Shown here: piece after piece, positions 24,952 through 34,208 of the stretch
Layout of the letters: each line of letters opens with the position of its first letter
Numbering within the stretch: the first letter of the stretch is position 1
Source of the DNA: a bacterium
GTDB lineage: Bacteria > Hydrothermota > 32-111
DNA length: 39,128 nt
Assembly (NCBI GenBank): GCA_050239825.1
Contig: JBFXGO010000022.1
Coordinates: 1 to 39,128 of the forward strand
Direction: 5' to 3'
The notes under the pieces: generated by a model
The model's input: the letters and a program-made list of their open reading frames with translations, nothing else
What the model was told of the DNA's origin: nothing
The model's database searches: none
Program-made: the position numbers and the translations under genes

Positions 24952-26922
24952 TCATTTAAGCTTGGTTGAAACAACAAGCGGTTTGGCTATAGATTTGACA
25001 TAACCGGCGGCATCCGTTTTGAAAGCTATAACAACGTATGCTCCTATGTCCACCCTCTTTCCGGCGTAATTGCATCCATCCCACATTATCGTGGTTGAAC
25101 CGGGCTGATTTTCAGCCAGAATGTGTATCAGTTTGCCGTTGATATCAAATATTTTGACAGTCACCCTATCCGTATTCAAGGCTTTAACCTCGATCCTCGA
25201 TGTTTGACCGTAATCAAACATAACGGGGTTGGGGAACATTCTCAGAGTAAATGTCGAATCCTCTGTGTTTTCAAGTATGTCAAGGTCGCTCTCAAATCTG
25301 ACAAGGAGCTGGTAACCGGCCGTATATGGAGATTCGGAATCATACTGGCCTGCAATACCTGTTACATTTATAAGTTTGCCTGATTTAATCTGAGACATTA
25401 TTTCATTGTCATAAAGACCCGTGCCTTCGCTTATTCTCACATCGATTACCGACATTCCGTTTTGCACCTGAAAGTTTTTACCGCTTCCGGCATCCACAGG
25501 GGTTGTGAGTATCTTGCCGAAGTTTACTTTTACCAGTGTGCCTTCATTTAGTTCGCTTATTCCCTGCGAGTTTGAAAGAATAACTGCATCAACAGAGGCA
25601 ATGGTGTCGTTTATTGAGATTATGTCAGACGCAGAGCCGTACTTCACTTCTGTTACGCCATTATACTCTTCAACCGTTCCTGTTATTATCATTTCACTTC
25701 CGAGGGTGTATGAATAGTTCATTGCCTCGGCTCCTGAATAAATATTAACTCCGCCCGTGGAATCCATTATCCAAAACCCCGTAGAACTGGATGTAGGCGT
25801 GAAGATTGATGACGGTCCTATCACAACTCCTCTTATTGTTACCGACTGGGTATTGTATTTTGATGTATATCCGTCATAAGTTGACTGCACTTCGCCTATG
25901 TCGAGAATGGTGAGATCCGGCATACCGGATATTACAGGAAGAACGGACAAGAGAGATAGAGATGCCGAATCATCCCCTGAATAGACCTTGACCGTGTCTG
26001 CCGCAGTAAAGAAATAATTTTTCATGTAAATTTTTATCGTATCCAGCAGAACTATATCGTTTATCTCAATGGTCGTTGACTGAGATGTTGTATCAAAAGA
26101 AACCGATGATTCATCAAGACCCACCCTTGCGGAATCGCAGAGTATAAAAATGGAATCATAAAGCACCTTTGTCGGAACAATTACTTTCAGGTACTTCACC
26201 CATCCATAGAGCGAATCAACTGTCGGAATTATGTCAACTCTGACCCCTATGTATGTCGAGTCTGCCGCTATCTTCGGATTCGCCTTTGCAGTACCCGAAC
26301 CGTCAAGCGTCAGAAGAACATCCGAATTCCCGTATGGCTTAAGTTCATACTTTCCTGAATATTCATCCATGACTCCCCTTATAAACATCAGGGTGTCTCC
26401 CAATGAAAAAGGAACAGTTACTGCATAAGTGTTGTCTTCATAAATAACAAGAGGTCCCGTTCCGTCATCGATATTCCACTCCCTATCATTCAATATGGAA
26501 GAGACGACTGCATTGTCAAACTGAAGAAACAATCCCTCATACATTTCCTGAGAGGCCATTCCTGTATTTATTTTTAAAGCAGGCATGATATTGTCAGAGG
26601 AATTTATTGTCATTGAAGAGACATCCGTTATCTCTGTCTTTCCGTTATACTCGTCCACCGTTCCGGTCACTGTTATGCTGTCACCAACCCTGCATGTGGT
26701 TGATGGTCCATAGATCAGTATTCCGTGCCACGGCAGAGTGTCGTCCTGCATATAAACATAGCTGCCAAAAATTCTTGTCACAATGCCGGATATAGTGACC
26801 GTCTGGTCAAGATACGGTGAAATTCCTGACATATATGGTGTATATTGAACATCATAAATGGTCAATGATTGTATTGACATGCCTGTCAATAGGATTAGAA
26901 ACAGAATCAAATAAAACTTCAT
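24952..26922 (-). CDS. Secreted tandem OB-fold protein with FlgD-Ig/T9SS-like C-terminal sorting domain
   Basis: Two repeats of I..VQ...S.Y..Q.VTI.G.V...(Y/W)..D...G..IY...G.....TGTV.EYNG.TE, resembling the OB domains of extracellular nucleases. C-terminal FPNP...VKIFDINGKLI...WDG.N..G..V..G.Y tail. Confidence 0.75.
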   Translation of the reverse strand: MKFYLILFLILLTGMSIQSLTIYDVQYTPYMSGISPYLDQTVTISGIVTRIFGSYVYMQDDTLPWHGILIYGPSTTCRVGDSITVTGTVDEYNGKTEITDVSSMTINSSDNIMPALKINTGMASQEMYEGLFLQFDNAVVSSILNDREWNIDDGTGPLVIYEDNTYAVTVPFSLGDTLMFIRGVMDEYSGKYELKPYGNSDVLLTLDGSGTAKANPKIAADSTYIGVRVDIIPTVDSLYGWVKYLKVIVPTKVLYDSIFILCDSARVGLDESSVSFDTTSQSTTIEINDIVLLDTIKIYMKNYFFTAADTVKVYSGDDSASLSLLSVLPVISGMPDLTILDIGEVQSTYDGYTSKYNTQSVTIRGVVIGPSSIFTPTSSSTGFWIMDSTGGVNIYSGAEAMNYSYTLGSEMIITGTVEEYNGVTEVKYGSASDIISINDTIASVDAVILSNSQGISELNEGTLVKVNFGKILTTPVDAGSGKNFQVQNGMSVIDVRISEGTGLYDNEIMSQIKSGKLINVTGIAGQYDSESPYTAGYQLLVRFESDLDILENTEDSTFTLRMFPNPVMFDYGQTSRIEVKALNTDRVTVKIFDINGKLIHILAENQPGSTTIMWDGCNYAGKRVDIGAYVVIAFKTDAAGYVKSIAKPLVVSTKLK

Positions 26923-28334
26923 TTTACCTCCTTGAAGTACTTCTTGCGTTTCACCGTAGGCAGAATATTGCTCTGTTCTCTGTACTTTGCCACGGTGCGT
27001 CTTGCCAAAGATATTGAATATTTGTCTTTTAGTATATCAACAATTTCTGCATCTGTCAAAGGGGCCGATGGATTTTCGTCATCAATTATTCTTCTTATTA
27101 TATCTTTTACATTCGTTGAAGATGTGTCTCCGGTATCAGTTTTAATTGAGCGGGAGAAGAAAAATTTGAAGGGATATATTCCCTGAGGAGTGTCAACATA
27201 CTTGTTTTCAAGGGCTCTTGAAATTGTGGATTCATGCATACCCACATACTCGGCGATATCGGAAAGTATCATTGGCTTAAGCGCGGATATTCCGAAATTC
27301 AAAAAATCCTTTTGCATCATTACTATTCTCTCCGTTATTTTCGATAAAGTGCGATTCCTTTTGTGTATGCCTTCAAGCATGAAAATGGCTGAGTTAAGCC
27401 TTTGTTTAAGGAATTTCTCTTCCTCTCTGTTTATGTGATCTTTGTTCTTCAGCATATCTACATACTTTCTGTTGAGATGAGCTTCAGGGAACTGGGTCAT
27501 GTTTATCGAACAGACGAAATCGTCATTCTTTCTTTCAATTATAATATCAGGAATTATGTAGTCTCCCACCTTTCCCCATTCTCCGTTCGCCGGTTTGGGA
27601 TTAAGTTTCTTAATCTCATCCATCGCCTTTTCAAGCTTTGCTTCGCTTATTTTTACTTTAGCAACAATTTTGTAGATTTTGTTGCTCATGAATTCCTCAA
27701 AAAAATCTTTAATAAGCATATACTCTATAGTATCTGTTTTATTGGAATATTCCAGTTGAGTCATGAGACATTCGCGGACATCCCTGCTTCCTATTCCTAT
27801 AGGGTCAAAAAGCCGGTATTTTTTCAAAACTCTCTCGACATCTTCCGATGTACATTTTAATGATTCGGTTATGTCGCTTATAATTGCCTCAAGGAGACCT
27901 TCATCCGAGAGGGAGTCGGTTATGTATTCTCCTATCTCAATCTCTTTTACGGTTTCAAAAGAGAGGTGTACCTGAGTTATCAGGTGGTCGCGGAGAGTCT
28001 TTGATTGTGAATATATCTCAACAAAAGAAAAATCATCGTCTTCGTCGGATTTCCTTGAAAAATCATTTCCGGAACCCTTCCACTCATCATGGAAAAAATA
28101 TTCATAGTCAAGCTCCTGCTCCTTGGGAAGTTCGGCTGTCTGTTCCGGTTCTTCAACTTCATTTTCATCCTGCTCGTCAAGAAGCTCCTCAGATAGAAAC
28201 GGATTTATCTCAATTTCATGAGTTATCAACTGTTGAAGCTCCATTCTCTGAAGCTGAAGAATTTTTACAAGTTCCAGAAGCTGTGGAGTGAGGTGGAGTT
28301 CCTGTCTTAATCTTTGAGATAATTCTTGCATCAT
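26919..28334 (-). CDS. rpoN: RNA polymerase sigma-54 factor
   Basis: Gln/Leu-rich region I (LTPQL...LQL...NPFL), DP.GIG.R...[14 protein letters not shown], RpoN box [10 protein letters not shown]. Confidence 0.97.
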   Translation of the reverse strand: MMQELSQRLRQELHLTPQLLELVKILQLQRMELQQLITHEIEINPFLSEELLDEQDENEVEEPEQTAELPKEQELDYEYFFHDEWKGSGNDFSRKSDEDDDFSFVEIYSQSKTLRDHLITQVHLSFETVKEIEIGEYITDSLSDEGLLEAIISDITESLKCTSEDVERVLKKYRLFDPIGIGSRDVRECLMTQLEYSNKTDTIEYMLIKDFFEEFMSNKIYKIVAKVKISEAKLEKAMDEIKKLNPKPANGEWGKVGDYIIPDIIIERKNDDFVCSINMTQFPEAHLNRKYVDMLKNKDHINREEEKFLKQRLNSAIFMLEGIHKRNRTLSKITERIVMMQKDFLNFGISALKPMILSDIAEYVGMHESTISRALENKYVDTPQGIYPFKFFFSRSIKTDTGDTSSTNVKDIIRRIIDDENPSAPLTDAEIVDILKDKYSISLARRTVAKYREQSNILPTVKRKKYFKEVK

Positions 28335-29050
28335 AATCTGAACTTTTCACCAAGGTAAATTTCTCTTGCCTTCTTATCGTTTATAAGTTCATCCGCCGTT
28401 CCCGAAAGAAGAATTCTGCCTTCATAAATTATATGCGCAATATCTGTGATTTCAAGAGTCTCCCTTACATTGTGGTCTGTTATCAATATACCGATTCCGT
28501 CAGAAGCAAGCTGTCGGATAATATGCTGAATATCCTCTTTCACTTTAGGGTCTATACCGGTAAAGGGTTCATCCAAAAGAAGAAATTTCGGGTTTGATGC
28601 AAGTGCTCGGGAGATCTCCACTCTCCGTCTCTCGCCACCAGACAGTTTTCCGCCAGCACTCTTTCTTATATGGGTGACCTTAAGCTTTTCAAGAAGGAAA
28701 TCTCTTTTCTCCCGTATCTTTGCTTTGCTCAGATTCTGCATTTCAAGAATCGCATCGATATTCTGTTCAACCGTCAGATGACGGAAAACAGATGCCTCCT
28801 GCGGGAGGTATCCGAGACCGAGCCTTGCGCGTTTGTACATGGGCAAATTTGTAATTTCATTATCGGAAAGAAGTATTTTGCCGCTGTCGCATTTGATCAT
28901 TCCCACAATCATGTAAAATGAAGTGGTTTTGCCTGCTCCGTTCGGACCTAGAAGTCCAACAACCTGGCCGGTCTCGACGGATACGGAGACTCTATCGACA
29001 ACAGTTCTCTTGCTGTAGCTTTTTACAAGATTTTCACTCTTTAATATCAT
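28331..29050 (-). CDS. lptB: LPS export ABC transporter ATPase
   Basis: [54 protein letters not shown]. Start taken at MILKS (29050). Confidence 0.95.
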   Translation of the reverse strand: MILKSENLVKSYSKRTVVDRVSVSVETGQVVGLLGPNGAGKTTSFYMIVGMIKCDSGKILLSDNEITNLPMYKRARLGLGYLPQEASVFRHLTVEQNIDAILEMQNLSKAKIREKRDFLLEKLKVTHIRKSAGGKLSGGERRRVEISRALASNPKFLLLDEPFTGIDPKVKEDIQHIIRQLASDGIGILITDHNVRETLEITDIAHIIYEGRILLSGTADELINDKKAREIYLGEKFRL

Positions 29051-29939
29051 TTTCTTCCCTCGTTTCAAGTTCGCTCTTTGTAATCAGATAAAAGAAGGTC
29101 TTCTTCATTTTATTCTGTTCTAATTTGCTCTCCAAAGAGTCGCATAGAATGCTCACATCTTCATTTTCTTCAATCGCTCTGAAATCAACATTCCTGTAAG
29201 CGATCATAAAATCCAAAGAATCATTCTTGAAGAGCATTTTTACAGTATCGGCCGAAAGCGTTATGTTGTCGTTTTCAATTATGGTTCTGCCGTATGTCTT
29301 TGCGTAATCCTTTTTTGCCGTGTAAACCAAAGAATCTGTTTCAAGCTGTATGCTGTCTATGCGAACTATGCAGGAGTGATAGAAGGTGTAAATCGAATCG
29401 TCCGGCATTATAATAGTTGTGTCAGATTCTATTGTATAACCCTCATTTTTATTGAATATCGATTTATTAAAAAGACGCATCGTGTCATCGGCGAATGAGT
29501 ACTCTATTGTGTCTCCCGAAGCAAAACTCCGGCGCGAATCAAAGTACAGAACAGGATTGATTGTATAGATAAAGAGACTCTCATTCAAGAGTATATTCAA
29601 AGAGTCGCTCTCTATTAAAAACGAACCGCTTTTATCAGTAGTCTGAGAGAAGAGATTAAAAACCTTGCCTCTCATAAAATAGACTCCACTCTCTGCATTG
29701 ATTACAGTCGAATCCGACCTTGTCACCACAAGTTTTCTCGGCATCACAACAACCGAGTCGCGTCTGAAAAAGAGCGCAGTATCTGTATTGACAGTAAAAT
29801 CATCGGTGAGAAGAATCACTCCGGCGCTCATATGAACAGTGTCGCCAAGTATAACTGTTTTTTCCGAAGTAAGCGTATAACCGCAAAGATGAGCGCTCAG
29901 CCAAAGAAGGTTGATGAAAATGCAAATCCTAATCGCCAT
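29034..29939 (-). CDS. lptA: LptA/OstA-like beta-jellyroll protein (long form)
   Basis: Lies between lptC and lptB; signal-like N-terminus; repeated short strands (xxSDSLxx, xxGDTIxY, xxADTVxM). Confidence 0.6.
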   Translation of the reverse strand: MAIRICIFINLLWLSAHLCGYTLTSEKTVILGDTVHMSAGVILLTDDFTVNTDTALFFRRDSVVVMPRKLVVTRSDSTVINAESGVYFMRGKVFNLFSQTTDKSGSFLIESDSLNILLNESLFIYTINPVLYFDSRRSFASGDTIEYSFADDTMRLFNKSIFNKNEGYTIESDTTIIMPDDSIYTFYHSCIVRIDSIQLETDSLVYTAKKDYAKTYGRTIIENDNITLSADTVKMLFKNDSLDFMIAYRNVDFRAIEENEDVSILCDSLESKLEQNKMKKTFFYLITKSELETREENDIKE

Positions 29940-30444
29940 ACAGCACGACTCTCTCGGGAAAAACTATTTTTTTGAAACCCTCTCCACCTGAAAATCCCTT
30001 CGTTCTCATTTTATTGCTGTTTTTTACTATTAAAACCGAATCTTCAGTCATCGCAGAATCGGATTTCACATAGTAAACCATCGAATCTGTCAGAAGTACC
30101 ATTGAATCTTCAAAATCCACCCTGACATTGCCATAATAAGTTATTACATCGCTTCCCGACAGGCATGAATCGGAAGCCACCGTTACACTCTCGCCCTCCT
30201 CTCTTCTGTAAACAGGTTTGAAGAGGATGAATGATTCAGTTGAATCCGATGACCTCCCAGAATCGGAGACAAGCGTAAATTTAAGAGTTGAATCAGCGTA
30301 TGAACTCATTACAACGCCATTGACTCTCTTATCTCCTATCAGAGAGAGTTTTTCATTCTCTGCTTTTGCGCGGCATGAAACAGCGGCTAACAGCACAAAA
30401 ACACTAACGAGAAATGTCTTTCCACATTTGATTGTAAAAATCAT
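29929..30444 (-). CDS. lptC: LPS export periplasmic protein LptC-like (possible lipoprotein)
   Basis: Lipobox-like AVS-C; GNVRV...LLTDSMVY...TEDSV.I...G.G pattern; position upstream of lptA/lptB. Confidence 0.7.
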   Translation of the reverse strand: MIFTIKCGKTFLVSVFVLLAAVSCRAKAENEKLSLIGDKRVNGVVMSSYADSTLKFTLVSDSGRSSDSTESFILFKPVYRREEGESVTVASDSCLSGSDVITYYGNVRVDFEDSMVLLTDSMVYYVKSDSAMTEDSVLIVKNSNKMRTKGFSGGEGFKKIVFPERVVLYGD

Positions 30445-31219
30445 ACTGAAATATGTCCTTTCTTATCATTCTTTCAAATTTTCTGTAATACTCTTCAAAC
30501 TTCAGTCCGCGGGCGTTGAACAAATAGATATTGTGTTTATGATTTTCGTATCTGGTCAGTATGCAAATCGGTTCAGCGTCAAACTTCTGAATGAGCCTGT
30601 ACCATCCATAAGGCAGATCCGTCTCGACTCCAAGAAAATCAAGCTGCTTCAATGTAGTGTTGGTTGATTTATGGTCAATGAGAAAAACCATTATTCTTCC
30701 ATCCTCTATCTCGCTTTTAACATCTTTGAGAGAGGCATCTTTGTTTATCAGCCTGAGTCCGTATTTGACTCTTATCCTGTCTATGTATTCATAAATCCAG
30801 TCAGTCTTCTTTTCATATATGACAGTCATATTGTACCCGAGTCTCTGTAATGCCTGACCTGCAAGCTCCCAGTTTCCATAGTGGACGGAAATAAGCATAA
30901 CAGGTTTCTTTGACTTTACAGCAAGGTCAAGAACGGAAAGATTGTGAAAAGCAAAACGCGACATTTTTATTTCGTTGTTGTTGAGATAAATGTTCTCGCT
31001 AAGAAATTGCGCGAAATTAAGGTATTGGTTTATTGAAAACTTTATATGCATCTTCTTGAGATTCTCTTTTACTATCGACTTACTCTTTATGTTGAAATTA
31101 TAATACGCCAGAGAGAAAAGTTTTGCCAATGCAACAAATGACCGAAGTGAGATTTTCCCGGCAAGAAAAAAAATTATTGACGCTATCAATTTTCTGTCAA
31201 ACATTTCTTGTTTTCTCAA
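30404..31219 (-). CDS. Lipid A biosynthesis (LpxL/HtrB-family) lysophospholipid acyltransferase
   Basis: HYGNWEL catalytic motif, FLID, FLG, IR....QY tail; adjacent to lpt genes. Confidence 0.8.
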   Translation of the reverse strand: MRKQEMFDRKLIASIIFFLAGKISLRSFVALAKLFSLAYYNFNIKSKSIVKENLKKMHIKFSINQYLNFAQFLSENIYLNNNEIKMSRFAFHNLSVLDLAVKSKKPVMLISVHYGNWELAGQALQRLGYNMTVIYEKKTDWIYEYIDRIRVKYGLRLINKDASLKDVKSEIEDGRIMVFLIDHKSTNTTLKQLDFLGVETDLPYGWYRLIQKFDAEPICILTRYENHKHNIYLFNARGLKFEEYYRKFERMIRKDIFQYDFYNQMWKDISR

Positions 31220-32297
31220 AAACGCTTTTCTTTGTTTTTATAGATTTGTAGGGGCACACTTCCACACAGCAGTAGCATGCAACGCATTTTCTTTCACGGA
31301 CGAAGGGAAAACCATCTTTTATAGTAATAGCCTTTTCAGGGCACATCTTTGCGCATTTAAAGCATCTCATGCAGCTCTCATTAATAATTTTAGGGTAAGA
31401 AGAAAGAAAAAACCTTGCAAATCTCGCATTTGCAATTGACAGAGGAAGAGTGAAAGCATTCCTCGTAGGCCTCTTAAGAATGACTTTATCATACTCGCCT
31501 TCCACAGTATATGTGCCGTCATAAAGATTGTTTTTAACTCCGTGTTTGATAAAGAGAAGTTCATCCTTTTTAAAACCGCAGACATCGCCGATAAAATCGT
31601 CGAGCGCAAATCCGTTTTTAGAGCACGCAAGAATATTTATCTCTTTTCTGTCTCCTCCTCCCGGTCCATTCCCCTCCATTCCGACAATTCCGTCTATTAT
31701 ATTGAAATGCGGAGAGACAGCCGAATATAATTTTGACAGCAGGTTGCAGAAACTGTCATCGGTATTGAACTGGGAATGGTATGAAATCTTTATCTCTGAA
31801 GGAAGAAGACCATATAGATTTTTAACAGACAGAGTGAGCATGGTCAGCATGTGCGTCTTTAATTTTGCCAGATTTATTATGTAGGGGTCGTTATCAAGGA
31901 AATCTGCTATTTTCATTCCTTTCCTTTCAATGTATGCCATGCCGTTGAAATTGACCAGAGATATTGAGTATCTTTTTGATATTGAAGTCATGCCGCTCTC
32001 TTCAAAAATTGCATCCATATTTTTATTGATTGCCGATGCGCCGTCTCCAAGAACAATTTTTGCACTGCTTATGCCGTTGTCCATAAGAAGTTTTGCAACA
32101 GATTCAACAACTACCCTGTTCGTGGTTACAAAATCAATTTCTCTCGTGGGTTTGGAAAGAAGATTCGGCTTTAAAAGCACCAAATTCTTTTTCAGCGCTT
32201 CTGCATAAACATTCTCTCTGCTGAATACCTGATTAAAAAAATCAGAGATCCTCTGAATGTCATATTCTCTTATCTTTTTTGCATAAACGAGGTTCAT
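31197..32297 (-). CDS. DUF362 protein with C-terminal 2x[4Fe-4S] ferredoxin domain
   Basis: VLLKPNLL, INLAKLKTH..T.LTLSVKNLYG, IDGIVGMEGNGP; CxxCxxCxxxCP twice. Confidence 0.88.
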   Translation of the reverse strand: MNLVYAKKIREYDIQRISDFFNQVFSRENVYAEALKKNLVLLKPNLLSKPTREIDFVTTNRVVVESVAKLLMDNGISSAKIVLGDGASAINKNMDAIFEESGMTSISKRYSISLVNFNGMAYIERKGMKIADFLDNDPYIINLAKLKTHMLTMLTLSVKNLYGLLPSEIKISYHSQFNTDDSFCNLLSKLYSAVSPHFNIIDGIVGMEGNGPGGGDRKEINILACSKNGFALDDFIGDVCGFKKDELLFIKHGVKNNLYDGTYTVEGEYDKVILKRPTRNAFTLPLSIANARFARFFLSSYPKIINESCMRCFKCAKMCPEKAITIKDGFPFVRERKCVACYCCVEVCPYKSIKTKKSVFEKTRNV

Positions 32298-32764
32298 TGG
32301 ATATAATAGACTTTAACTGTTCTGGCAAAAAACTTACACTCTATCGGATACTCTTTTGAGGCAATTATTGAATCCGGATTTTCAAACAGTTCGTTTATGA
32401 CTCTCTTGTCATAGACAATAACATATTTCGGTTGAATTATCTCAATCTCCTCCTCAAGAAAACTTCTGCACTTTCTCTTTGCTTCACTTGTAAGTTCGCC
32501 GTGGATGATCAGAGAGCACCTGTACAGGTATGTAATATACGCTCCATACTTGACCTCAGTCTCATAAAGTGAAAGAAGAGAGGCGGTCTTTGCCACAAGA
32601 CGGGAATCAATGGAAAAATTGTGGCTCTCGGGCTCATACCCGATTATCATTATTTCCTGCATGACATTGCCGGAAAAGACAGGTTCGCCGTAATTTCTCA
32701 TCGTACAGCCTTCACAATCCTCCATCTTTTTCAGAAATTTTGAGAAGAGCTTATCTTTATCCAA
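32294..32764 (-). CDS. Degenerate family-4 uracil-DNA glycosylase-like Fe-S protein
   Basis: CEGC, IMIIGYEP, YITYLYRC, C..FLEEEIEIIQPKYVI. Likely TTG start at 32764 after GGGGG, overlapping the queH stop (the track extends it to 32854). Confidence 0.6.
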   Translation of the reverse strand: MDKDKLFSKFLKKMEDCEGCTMRNYGEPVFSGNVMQEIMIIGYEPESHNFSIDSRLVAKTASLLSLYETEVKYGAYITYLYRCSLIIHGELTSEAKRKCRSFLEEEIEIIQPKYVIVYDKRVINELFENPDSIIASKEYPIECKFFARTVKVYYIQ

Positions 32765-33296
32765 GTTTCCCCCTTGAAAATTTACATCCGCACCAACTCT
32801 GCCTGTACAAGTTAAGTTTTTTTGATAGTAATAACGACTTTTTGAATCCGTCATTTTTTCTCAAATTCTCTCCTATGAAACTAATTCCGCTCTCAGAAGC
32901 GACTTCACTCCCAACCCTGTTGATCATCCCAACATTCTTATGAGGGCTAATGGTGAGGGTCGTAGATATATTATCTATTTTCATAATCTTAGCAAACTCA
33001 ACAGCACTTCTAAAATTCATTCTGTGGCACTCTGCGCACCTGATTCCCTGTTCAGGTTCTTCCTCCAATCCCCTTGACACCTCTTCAAATTTATGCGGTT
33101 CATACTTTTTTTTGATTATTTCAAAACCGTATTCATCAGCGACAACAGCCGCCTGTTCAAACCTCTTATCATACTCCATCGCCGAATCAATATTATCATT
33201 GGCGAAATATCCAGTCACTCGGTAATTTCTGCTGAAAAACTCAAATGCATAAGTCAAATCCGGTCCACAGCATGTATGAAGCAATAATTGTTCCAT
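32757..33296 (-). CDS. queH: Epoxyqueuosine reductase QueH (DUF208)
   Basis: LLLHTCCGPD, N.NI...EY.KR, EPE.G.RC..C, STTL.ISPHK, LYRQ.WCGC.FS. Confidence 0.9.
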   Translation of the reverse strand: MEQLLLHTCCGPDLTYAFEFFSRNYRVTGYFANDNIDSAMEYDKRFEQAAVVADEYGFEIIKKKYEPHKFEEVSRGLEEEPEQGIRCAECHRMNFRSAVEFAKIMKIDNISTTLTISPHKNVGMINRVGSEVASESGISFIGENLRKNDGFKKSLLLSKKLNLYRQSWCGCKFSRGKLG

Positions 33297-33302
33297 TTAA
33301 AT

Positions 33303-33331
33303 ATTATACATATATTTAAGTAAATATTCAA
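33303..33331 (-). promoter_or_regulatory. Sigma70 promoter, probably giving a leaderless queH transcript
   Basis: Minus strand TTGAAT-N17-TATAAT; the -10 box ends 6 nt before ATG 33296; no SD sequence. Confidence 0.65.
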
Positions 33332-33368
33332 GGGGGAAATGCAGGGTCGCTTCATGCAGATATAAGCG

Positions 33369-34208
33369 TCAGTATAAGTATGAGAAGCCGAATTTTATTG
33401 AAGAGATAAGAGAATTCCCTGAGTATGAGAAATGGGCATCCATTCTGTTGTTTAATTGATATTTAGCAGATAATAGAATCTTCTCCGAGAAGAATTCTCC
33501 ATATAATGATATCCTCTTAATTTCAGCATCAATTCCCAAACTTCTTGAAAATGCATACTTCCCATGAAGGAACTGCTGGTCCGAGTATGAATTATAGTAA
33601 GCGTAAAGATTGAATCCGAAGATTATCTTAATTCCGGAAGAGTCAAAGAGTCTCTTTTCAGCGGCAATAACAGCATAAGGCCTGTAAGAAAAAACAACAT
33701 CATTTGAATAGTAAACAACAGGGAGAATATCCATAAGGTCGAGAGTGTATTCAAAAAAACCAATGTATCCAACTCCAGCATCAATTGAAGATTCAATAAC
33801 ATGATTTCCAACAAGGTCAAGATAGGAGCAATTTATAACAGATGAGACGGCATATTTGTTTAACTCCGTTCTGTAAACAGCAAATATTGAAGCCTTTTGA
33901 GCGCTTAAAGTGTCATAAAGCAATCCCGGGTCCATAAAGAGTGGGTTGTCGGAAGAATCCACAAAAGAGGCTGTGATTATTCCTCCGTAATTTCTGTACT
34001 CTATGCCTGCGCCCAGAGTCTTTTGAGAATCCGTCTTAATAATCATAAAAAGAGCATTGTAGGAGAGAAAGTCGGCTCCCAGATACGCCGCGAATCTATT
34101 TTCTGCTTGAATCGCAGAAGGCAGTATTTTGGATTGAAATGTGAAGAGGTCTCCAGACTCAGCAGAAAGGAAGAGAATTGTTATCAGGAATAATATTCTT
34201 TTTTTCAT
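33369..34208 (-). CDS. Hypothetical outer membrane beta-barrel-like protein
   Basis: Signal peptide, alternating aromatic/hydrophobic strands, IDAGVGY, C-terminal KFGFSYLY. Confidence 0.6.
   Translation of the reverse strand: MKKRILFLITILFLSAESGDLFTFQSKILPSAIQAENRFAAYLGADFLSYNALFMIIKTDSQKTLGAGIEYRNYGGIITASFVDSSDNPLFMDPGLLYDTLSAQKASIFAVYRTELNKYAVSSVINCSYLDLVGNHVIESSIDAGVGYIGFFEYTLDLMDILPVVYYSNDVVFSYRPYAVIAAEKRLFDSSGIKIIFGFNLYAYYNSYSDQQFLHGKYAFSRSLGIDAEIKRISLYGEFFSEKILLSAKYQLNNRMDAHFSYSGNSLISSIKFGFSYLY

Noticed and set aside
32765..32854. N-terminal extension of the UDG-like ORF given in the track
   Set aside because: It would overlap queH by 98 bp; a TTG with an RBS at 32764 fits better.
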